A DNA stretch of 64,000 nt from an uncultured Halothiobacillus sp. (lineage in GTDB: Bacteria; Pseudomonadota; Gammaproteobacteria; Halothiobacillales; Halothiobacillaceae): NCBI GenBank assembly GCA_964655215.1, contig CAZZMW010000011.1, positions 13,417 through 77,416 on the forward strand, given 5' to 3'. Positions 57,195-64,000 of the stretch are shown here, in pieces; the stretch's first letter is position 1, and each line of letters starts with the position of its first letter. A program made the translations under genes and the position numbers. Under the pieces are notes generated by a model, which ran no database searches, had not been told where the DNA came from, and saw only the letters and a program-made list of their open reading frames with translations.

Positions 57195-59678
57195 ATGCAT
57201 AACAACCGCCCCTCCTTTATACGGCCCCGCCCACTGCAACTTGTTGTCACTTATGCCACTTTTGCAGGGCTTTGGATCTTGCTCTCCGATTCAATCATAA
57301 CCTTCTTATTCAAGGATCCATCTTCGGTACATCTGGCCAACACGATCAAAGGTTGGATTTTCGTCGTCGTAACTTCCCTGTTGTTGTATAGATTAGTCGA
57401 CCGCCTGATCAAAAAATCCACGGCAATGTCGCAGTGCGAGAATGAAACTCTTCATAAACAGGTGCAAACCCAGAAACTTCTTTTTGAAATTGCAGAAAAC
57501 TCAACCGACGCGATTTATGCCAAAGACCTTGAAGGTAGGTACTTGTTTGTGAATCGTGAAACCTTGCGCATCACAGACAAACGTGAGGGAGAGTTATTGG
57601 GTTATCACGATCTGGAATTGTTTCCTCAGGATCAGGCCGAGAGTTTCATCGCAAATGACCAGTCCGTGCTCAGAGACAATCAAACCAAAACCTTCGAAGA
57701 AATGGTTTCTACACCGCTTGGGGATGTTACTTTTCTTGCAACCAAAGGGCCGATGGTGGACGAGAAAGGGCGAACTTATGGTCTGTTCGGCATATCCCGC
57801 AACATCACTGAGCGCAAGACGATGGAGATGGCGCTGCGGAAAAGTATTCTGCACTCACAACGGCTTAGCGATTTCAATGCACTTCTATCCGAAGCCAATG
57901 AAACCATCGCTCGTGCCAGGAATGAAAAAACCCTATTAGAGGATTTATGCGAACTGGCCATACGGCGGGCTAATTTACGATTGGCCTGGATAGCGGCACC
58001 CGATGCCGAAGGTTGGTTCCGACCCTTGGCTGCCGCAGGCGCTGTGGGTTACCTGGATGGTATCCGCATTTCCATCTCAGAGAAATTGCCTGAGGGCCGA
58101 GGTTCAGCGGGTCAATGTTGGCGAAGCCAAAAATCTGTTTTCAATGTTTCATTTCTCAATGCGCCCCATCGAAAGCCATGGGAAGATCGCACCCGAGCCT
58201 ATGGCTTCGCATCCAGCGCGTCACTTCCCATTTTACGTGGCGGCAAGCTATGGGCCATTTTGGGCACCTATCTGGGTGAAGAAAATATCCAGGACACCGA
58301 GGTTCAGAAAATCTTGACAGATTTGGCGCAGGACATCGGCTATGGCCTTGATCGCTTGGACAGCGAAAACAAAGAGAAGGAAGTCAATGCATTAAATATG
58401 GCTCTGCTTGATAGCTTGACCGCAGGCATCAATGTAACGCGTTACCCGGATCGTGTGATCGAACGCGTCAATAAACGTATGCTGGACATTATCGGAGCAT
58501 CATCGATGTCCGAACTGGTCGGGCATCACGGGAGAGAATTTTACCCAGATGATGAAACCTACGCTCGGGTGGAGGCTCTTGCCAATCATGTCTTGCAGGT
58601 GGGCTCGGGCACTTTGAGAGATGTTCCCCACCGACGACAGGATGGCAGCCTTGTCTACATTGATCTTTCCGGACAACTTCTCGGTGGCGTGGGTGAGTTA
58701 GCGCATATAGTCTGGACCCATGTTGATGTCTCGGAACGCCATGCCAGAGAACAAACAATCCGTGAACTCAACTCGGCACGCGCAGCACTTTTATCAAACA
58801 CGGCGGCCGGCATCCTTCTCATGGGGTATCCGGATGAGGTCCTGGTTGAAGTCAATCAAGGTTTCCTCAATATCATGGGTTACCGGAGCTCCGATGAAAT
58901 TGTGGGCCGAACCGCAAGCGAAATTTCCCCAGATATTAGCCAAAACAGCGACATGATCGTTTTGGCTCAAAAGGTCCTTGATGATGGTCGAGGGAATATG
59001 CGTGACCTGAAATTTCAACGCAAGGATGGTCAAATCATCTATCTGGATGTTTCAGGTCAGCGAATCAACGGTGGTGATTCAGCGCAACCAATCATTGTAT
59101 GGACATGCATCGATGTTACCGAGCGGCGATATTTGACTGAGGAGCTGTCACGACAAGCGTTGACCGACAATCTCACCGGTTTACCCAATCGCCGGGCACT
59201 GGATGTGGAGTTGTCAAAGGCGATGGCACGAGCGCGTCGCTATAAGCGGATGTTGGCTTTGGTCATGATGGATATGGATGGCTTTAAACCCATCAATGAT
59301 ACCTATGGCCACGAGAGTGGCGATAGGGTACTGAAGGTCATCGGTAAGCGATTGCAAGAGGCACTTCGCTATACTGATTTTGTAGCCCGTCTGGGTGGTG
59401 ACGAATTTGTGCTGCTCATTGAGGATTGCAACAATTTCGATGAAATCAAAAAAGTGATGGACAAGATCGGGCAGGCGATTTGTGCTCCAATAACACTCGT
59501 TGGAAACGTTAATGTATATGTCGAATTTAGCGCGGGGATTTCCTTATATCCCCAAATTGACACTGACAACCCCGATGCTCTGATGCGGTTCGCCGACCAT
59601 GCGCTCTATGAGAGCAAGGCCCACAAGACGGATCGTCTCCATTTATGGACGGTTTATGGCGAACAAGGCGCAAAATGA
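57195..59678 (+). CDS. membrane-anchored PAS/GAF/PAS diguanylate cyclase
   Basis: N-terminal TM helices, PAS blocks (NITERK, DVSERH, DVTERR), a GAF-like middle region, and C-terminal GGDEF (RLGGDEF). Confidence 0.85.
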   Translation: MHNNRPSFIRPRPLQLVVTYATFAGLWILLSDSIITFLFKDPSSVHLANTIKGWIFVVVTSLLLYRLVDRLIKKSTAMSQCENETLHKQVQTQKLLFEIAENSTDAIYAKDLEGRYLFVNRETLRITDKREGELLGYHDLELFPQDQAESFIANDQSVLRDNQTKTFEEMVSTPLGDVTFLATKGPMVDEKGRTYGLFGISRNITERKTMEMALRKSILHSQRLSDFNALLSEANETIARARNEKTLLEDLCELAIRRANLRLAWIAAPDAEGWFRPLAAAGAVGYLDGIRISISEKLPEGRGSAGQCWRSQKSVFNVSFLNAPHRKPWEDRTRAYGFASSASLPILRGGKLWAILGTYLGEENIQDTEVQKILTDLAQDIGYGLDRLDSENKEKEVNALNMALLDSLTAGINVTRYPDRVIERVNKRMLDIIGASSMSELVGHHGREFYPDDETYARVEALANHVLQVGSGTLRDVPHRRQDGSLVYIDLSGQLLGGVGELAHIVWTHVDVSERHAREQTIRELNSARAALLSNTAAGILLMGYPDEVLVEVNQGFLNIMGYRSSDEIVGRTASEISPDISQNSDMIVLAQKVLDDGRGNMRDLKFQRKDGQIIYLDVSGQRINGGDSAQPIIVWTCIDVTERRYLTEELSRQALTDNLTGLPNRRALDVELSKAMARARRYKRMLALVMMDMDGFKPINDTYGHESGDRVLKVIGKRLQEALRYTDFVARLGGDEFVLLIEDCNNFDEIKKVMDKIGQAICAPITLVGNVNVYVEFSAGISLYPQIDTDNPDALMRFADHALYESKAHKTDRLHLWTVYGEQGAK

Positions 59679-59998
59679 GTAACTGAAGGTCGCCAAGCTT
59701 CGTTTGAGAACACCTGAATTGATTCAATCGGTCAATCACTGTTGAATGGCGAGAAAATCGTCCAGATGTTGCATGAAAAGCTCGATCAATTTTGGTTTAA
59801 AGCTGTGGTTGACAAGCTTTGTGCACTTTTTAAGTGTGCTGTCGGCGATCTTTTTGAGCACGTGGAAACAGAGCCCACTGAAAGAGGGTAGGGGTCGGAG
59901 TTTTTAGAATGACGTTAATTGCCAGTAAATGCTTGGCACAGATTCGTCACAGATTTGTCACAGGAAATTTAACAAGAAGCCAAGAATGGCGTCAGAAT

Positions 59999-60035
59999 TG
60001 GTGCGCCCGACTGGATTCGAACCAGTGACCCCCTT
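59999..60035 (-). other. 3' fragment of a tRNA gene (T-arm + acceptor 3' strand + CCA), probable att repeat
   Basis: Minus strand reads GGGGGTC-ACTGG-TTCGAAT-CCAGT-CGGGCGC-A-CCA. No matching 5' half (GCGCCCG...) lies upstream. The acceptor sequence is Arg-tRNA-like. Confidence 0.7.
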
Positions 60036-60398
60036 CGGAGTGCAACCCCCTACAATCAACCTTTTGGGTGGTTAAAGATCATCTTGTTGTTCTAATTGAC
60101 ATTATATGTTCATGGGGGAGGCCACCCAGAACTGGATTGTGGTGAATTTAATGCACGTTGCCTCCGACCTGAGTCACAGTTTGGCAATTCGGGTTTGGAC
60201 AAAATATCAGGTAGATGACACTTGTCCTCAGCGTTGCAACAGTTGATTCGGCACGTTGCGATAGGGTGTTATCAAGTTGCTACCGAAATTTAGTGGCACG
60301 TATAAGGTTGCCGGACGGTATTGGTCAAATGACTCCTGGGCGCTTCGCTGTCAGGAGCCGTTATACTCTACAAACGCTAATTAGCTGTGATCGGGCTT

Positions 60399-60794
60399 TC
60401 ACATGCCTGGTTCGATAGGCTGATCGATCTCGCCACCACTCTCGGCCCAGTCCTTGAACGCACCGAGGTTGAAGACGTGAAGGTATCCCATTTCCTTCAG
60501 CACCTTTCCAGCGAGCGCCGAGCGTCCACCAGAGGCGCAATAGACAATGACCGGGCGATCCTTACGAAAGTTCTCGTCGTGATACGGCGAGTCGGGGTCG
60601 GCGCGGAACTCGAGCATGCCGCGCGACACGTGGAGTGCGCCTGCTACTCGACCGGTCTTCGCGACCTCTGGCGCATCACGGACATCGACTACCAACGCAT
60701 GGTCCGATGCCATCTTCGCGCGGGCGGTCGTCATATCGATTTTCGGCACCATAGCGTTGGCGGCTTCTATCATCTGCTTTACGGTCAGCGACAT
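60399..60794 (-). CDS. single-domain rhodanese (sulfurtransferase)
   Basis: Active-site loop CASGGRS. GGAGAA SD precedes the ATG at 60794. Confidence 0.8.
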   Translation of the reverse strand: MSLTVKQMIEAANAMVPKIDMTTARAKMASDHALVVDVRDAPEVAKTGRVAGALHVSRGMLEFRADPDSPYHDENFRKDRPVIVYCASGGRSALAGKVLKEMGYLHVFNLGAFKDWAESGGEIDQPIEPGM

Positions 60795-60818
60795 ATAGGT
60801 TCTCCAAGTTTTAGATGT

Positions 60819-60935
60819 GAGGTACACGCGCAAATCTAGCACAAGCGATTTAGTAGGGGCCTGAACTGCATAAACCAGCCGACGCTCTTCGCCTACGCGC
60901 ATGAACCAAAAGCCGTTCGGGCTGGTTTCAGTGGC
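60819..60935 (-). pseudogene. 5'-truncated YoeB/Txe-type toxin remnant
   Basis: Directly after the antitoxin stop the frame reads ...NGFWFMRVGEERRLVYAV...LVLDLRVYL. Compare the E. coli YoeB C-terminus LSGFWSRRITEEHRLVYAV...LLIAACRYHY. The N-terminal ~50 codons and the start codon are absent. Confidence 0.55.
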
Positions 60936-61172
60936 TCAGAATTTGCCTCCGTTTGAAGCAAGCTGCTCGATTGACTCCATGAGCCGCTTAGCGTTTTTCG
61001 GGCTGCGCATCAGATATGCGGTCTCTTCAAGCGCGTTGAAGTCTTGCAATGACATCATTACGACCGGCTGGCCATCTTGGCGAGTGATCAAAACCGGAGC
61101 GCGATCATCTGTAACCCTGTTCATCGTCTCTGCTAAATGCTGGCGAGCGTAACTATAAGTTATGGCTTCCAC
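60936..61172 (-). CDS. Phd/YefM-family antitoxin
   Basis: EAITYSYARQHLAETMNRVTDDRAPVLITRQ...VVMMSLQDFNALEETAYL is the typical YefM pattern. GTG start with AAGGAGG SD. Confidence 0.8.
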   Translation of the reverse strand: MEAITYSYARQHLAETMNRVTDDRAPVLITRQDGQPVVMMSLQDFNALEETAYLMRSPKNAKRLMESIEQLASNGGKF

Positions 61173-61262
61173 ACCACCCTCCTTTGTTGTACAAGTATTG
61201 ATACAACGTACCCATAATTTCAAGTGAAGCATACTGTTGCTTCTAACCGGGTAATGCTTTGC

Positions 61263-63308
61263 TCAATCGTCCTGTTTCGCCATCTTTGAGCCAGAATCCC
61301 GGGAAATGCTGAGCAATCGAGCGTTAATGGCGACAATCACGGTGCTTGCTGCCATTAGGGCCGCACCCAGTGCGGGAGAAAGAATCACACCCCAGGCGTA
61401 CAGTGCGCCGCCCGCCAGTGGGATGGCGAATGCGTTATAACCGGTCGCCCAGACCAGATTCTGGATCATCTTGCTGTAGGTGGCTTTGGACAACTTGAGG
61501 AGCGCCACGACATCCAATGGGTTGCTGCGTACCAGAATGATATCTGCGGTTTCGACCGCTACATCCGACCCTGCACCGATGGCAATGCCCAAATCCGCCT
61601 GCGCCAGTGCGGGTGCATCGTTCACGCCATCACCGGTCATGGCAACCAATATGCCCCGAGACTGGACTTCCTTGACCTTGGCGGCCTTGTCCAGAGGCAG
61701 GACTTCGGCGAAATACTCATCCAGCCCAACCTGATCAGAAACCCATTGGGCAACCTGTTTGTTATCCCCGGTGAGCATCATGCACTTGATGCCCATCGCC
61801 TTGAGCGCGGCAATCGACTGCTTCGACTCGGGGCGGATGATATCGGCCAGAGCAATCGCACCCATTAACTGCCCATCGATCAGCACAAAGACGACCGTTT
61901 TCCCTTGTTCTTTGAGTTCGTCCACGCGCTCGTCGGTCATGTCGATGTTTTGTTCGAGCAAGAATCCAGGACTCACTACCTTGACCTCTTTTCCCTCGAC
62001 CCGGGCCTCGGCACCTTTTCCTGCAATGCCTTTGAAATTTTCAATGGATAGTTTGTGTTCGGTAGAGTCGGCAATGGCCTTGGCGATGGGGTGTTCGGAA
62101 TTGGCTTCAACCGAGGCCGCATACTGATGCAGCGTGTCTTCGTTGATGTCCTGTGAGAACAGCAGCGTATCGGTCACGCCAAAGCGGCCTTCGGTGAGGG
62201 TGCCCGTCTTGTCGAAAATAATTGCCTGTATTTTCCGGGCTCGCTCGAACGCGGGACGATTGCGAATCAGCAATCCATTGCTTGCGGCCAGAGCCGTGGA
62301 GACAGCCACCACTAAGGGCACGGCCAGCCCCAGGGCATGCGGACAGGTGATGACCATGACCGTTACGGCGCGCTCGATGGCAAAGGACAAATCTTTGCCC
62401 AAGACGCCAAGCCAGATAAAGAAAGTAATTGCACCGCCGTTCAGGGCAATGATGGTGAGCCACATTGCCGCGGTGTTGGCCAGATCCTGGGTTTTCGATT
62501 TGCTTTCTTGGGCCTGTTTGACCAGGTCGATGACCTGCGATAGAAATGAATCCTTGCCGGTTCCTTTGACCGCTATGGTTAGCGATCCTTCGCCGTTGAT
62601 AGCGCCGCCGATGACCTTGTCATTCGTTTTTTTGGTAACCGGCGTTGATTCCCCGGTGAGCATGGCTTCATTGACCGCGCTTTCGCCTTCGGTGATGACC
62701 CCGTCGGCGGGAATCTTTTCGCCTGGTTTGATAAGGACCTTGTCATCCACTGCCAGTTCACTGAGTGGCACGTCCTTCACGCTGCCATCAGGCATGAGTT
62801 TGTGGGCGTCGGAGGGCATGAGTTTTGCCAATTCCTCCAAGGCTTTGGATGCACCCATCACTGACCTCATCTCGATCCAGTGCCCAAGCAGCATCACGTC
62901 GACGAGGGTGGCCAGCTCCCAGAAGAATACTTTCCCGGTCAAACCGAACACCACGGCGCTGCTGTAGGCATATGCAGTGGTGATAGCGACCGCGACCAAA
63001 GTCATCATCCCGGGCTGCTTTGATTTAATCTCCTTGAACAGTCCTTTTAAAAATGGCCAGCCGCCGTAGAAAAACACTGCGGTAGACAGGACGAACAAAA
63101 CATAGATATCGCCAGAAAAATGGATGACTTCACGTACACCCACCATCTTCTGGAGCAACGGGGAGAGAATCAAAATGGGCAGGGTCAGAATCAGGGAAAC
63201 CCAGAATCGGTCCCGAAAATCTGCGGCCATGTGCGCGTGATGATTTTTGTGGTCGTGATGGATCGGGTTTTCGTCCACCGTCCTAGATTTATCTGAATGA
63301 GGTTCCAT
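61263..63308 (-). CDS. copB: P1B-type copper ATPase with CPH motif and His-rich N-terminus (CopB-type)
   Basis: N-terminal [13 protein letters not shown] motif [37 protein letters not shown] precedes the ATG at 63308. Confidence 0.9.
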   Translation of the reverse strand: MEPHSDKSRTVDENPIHHDHKNHHAHMAADFRDRFWVSLILTLPILILSPLLQKMVGVREVIHFSGDIYVLFVLSTAVFFYGGWPFLKGLFKEIKSKQPGMMTLVAVAITTAYAYSSAVVFGLTGKVFFWELATLVDVMLLGHWIEMRSVMGASKALEELAKLMPSDAHKLMPDGSVKDVPLSELAVDDKVLIKPGEKIPADGVITEGESAVNEAMLTGESTPVTKKTNDKVIGGAINGEGSLTIAVKGTGKDSFLSQVIDLVKQAQESKSKTQDLANTAAMWLTIIALNGGAITFFIWLGVLGKDLSFAIERAVTVMVITCPHALGLAVPLVVAVSTALAASNGLLIRNRPAFERARKIQAIIFDKTGTLTEGRFGVTDTLLFSQDINEDTLHQYAASVEANSEHPIAKAIADSTEHKLSIENFKGIAGKGAEARVEGKEVKVVSPGFLLEQNIDMTDERVDELKEQGKTVVFVLIDGQLMGAIALADIIRPESKQSIAALKAMGIKCMMLTGDNKQVAQWVSDQVGLDEYFAEVLPLDKAAKVKEVQSRGILVAMTGDGVNDAPALAQADLGIAIGAGSDVAVETADIILVRSNPLDVVALLKLSKATYSKMIQNLVWATGYNAFAIPLAGGALYAWGVILSPALGAALMAASTVIVAINARLLSISRDSGSKMAKQDD

Positions 63309-63434
63309 TGTGGTGCTCCTTTGTATCCCTGTGTTGGGGATACATGGTGATAGGTGCGATCCCGAAGAAAATATTTCCTTGAAACCCACCTCTAGGCTGT
63401 CTCAGCAGCAACGGTTTCATCTCAAATACACCCT

Positions 63435-63698
63435 CTAGCCGTTTTTCTCCAATATGCTGCGCCGTTCGTTATATTCCACTTCGTCGATTTCACCGTGCGC
63501 GAAACGCTCTTCCAGGATACGCAGCGCCTTGTCTTGCTCTTGGTCGTGCCTTGTGGGCGCGGGTGGCTCATTCGCACCTCGCACTGCGCGTACAACAGCC
63601 AGAAAAATCACCACCATCAATGCTACGCCGATCAGCATAAAAACCAGGCCGAAACCGCCAAAAAATCCGCCCATGCTGCCATGATTGAAAAATGCCAT
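63435..63698 (-). CDS. SHOCT-domain membrane protein (paralog of 18617-18910)
   Basis: Gly-rich N-terminus, one TM helix, and LEERFAHGEIDEVEYNERRSIL. Confidence 0.7.
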   Translation of the reverse strand: MAFFNHGSMGGFFGGFGLVFMLIGVALMVVIFLAVVRAVRGANEPPAPTRHDQEQDKALRILEERFAHGEIDEVEYNERRSILEKNG

Positions 63699-63788
63699 CT
63701 TGAAATCCTCCATTTGGATTTGTTTTCAAATTAACTAAGTCATTTGATCGGGACGCAGCAGAACTGCGCCCGATCAGTCAGAGGTTAC

Positions 63789-64000
63789 CTACCACCAAAG
63801 ACGTATGCCTGTGATGAACTGCATATCGCTGGTGGCTTCACCGTCGGCACGGGCATAGCTTGCGGTCTGGCCATATTTATTCGTCCATTGAATCCCGATG
63901 TAGGGAGCGACCTCGCGGCGGATTTCATATCGCAAGCGCAGGGCTACGCGCGAGTCAGACAGGCCTTTGCCTATGCTGCGTTCAGGATCATTTTTGCCAT
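63789..64000 (-). CDS. pcoB: copper-resistance outer-membrane protein PcoB/CopB, C-terminal part (5' end outside window)
   Basis: ...GLSDSRVALRLRYEIRREVAPYIGIQWTNKYGQTASYARADGE...ITGIRLWW* matches the conserved PcoB/CopB C-terminus. Confidence 0.8.
   Translation of the reverse strand, partial: GKNDPERSIGKGLSDSRVALRLRYEIRREVAPYIGIQWTNKYGQTASYARADGEATSDMQFITGIRLWW

Larger units (their letters stand above)
60036..64000. mobile_element. putative distal end of a tRNA-integrated genomic island carrying copper-resistance genes (continues beyond window)
   Basis: Inferred from the orientation of the tRNA 3' fragment, a decayed TA module, and a second set of copper genes (CPH-type ATPase, SHOCT, pcoB). 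No integrase lies in the window. Confidence 0.35.

Noticed and set aside
59736-59903. Minus-strand open frame ...FHVLKKIADSTLKKCTKLVNHSFKPKLIELFMQHLDDFLAIQQ* next to the tRNA fragment.
   Set aside because: It reads like a protein C-terminus but has no ATG or SD and no recognisable family. It is possibly a gene remnant and is not reportable as a feature.
60399-60902. 167-aa version of the rhodanese ORF starting at 60902.
   Set aside because: The first 36 codons are the YoeB-like remnant. A GGAGAA SD precedes the internal ATG at 60794, which gives a normal single-domain rhodanese.

Overview
Gene-dense segment (most of the 64 kb is coding) that reads like the chromosome of a proteobacterial chemolithoautotroph. 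The organism cannot be named from this window.

Three physically separate CO2-fixation or CO2-concentrating modules each sit beside a CbbR-type LysR gene:
(1) Form II RuBisCO cbbM with the activase genes cbbQ and cbbO (3.3-8.2 kb, minus strand). A 75-aa Cys-rich GDCCVxC-motif ORF is wedged between cbbQ and cbbO.
(2) An alpha-carboxysome operon csoS2-csoSCA-csoS4A-csoS4B-csoS1-csoS1, followed by a pterin-dehydratase-like (acRAF-type) gene and a ParA plus small disordered protein pair (McdA/McdB-like) (44.5-50.5 kb). It has no cbbL/cbbS.
(3) A DabB/DabA (NuoL-like + DUF2309) inorganic-carbon pump operon (52.3-56.4 kb).

Between these modules lie:
- a Na,K-ATPase-like P-type pump;
- three c-di-GMP signalling proteins;
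- a four-gene cluster encoding a Cyc2-style cytochrome-porin fusion plus Gly/Met-rich periplasmic proteins (15.8-18.9 kb);
- copA-DUF302-copZ-grx;
- a caa3-like heme-copper oxidase with a long assembly-gene train (27.4-36.6 kb);
- three tandem small roadblock-like (DUF2173-like) genes;
- an NsrR / hemerythrin-like / NnrS nitric-oxide-response unit with clear palindromic operators.

The right end (from about 60.0 kb) begins with a 3' tRNA fragment. It carries a rhodanese, an orphan YefM-type antitoxin with a decayed YoeB remnant, a CPH-type copper ATPase, a SHOCT protein and the 3' end of pcoB. This fits the distal end of an integrated copper-resistance island.

One initiator tRNA-Met is present. 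No rRNA, CRISPR array or intact transposase was seen. All calls rest on motif and architecture recognition by eye and on Shine-Dalgarno or overlap logic; no homology search or folding was run. Start codons are best guesses.
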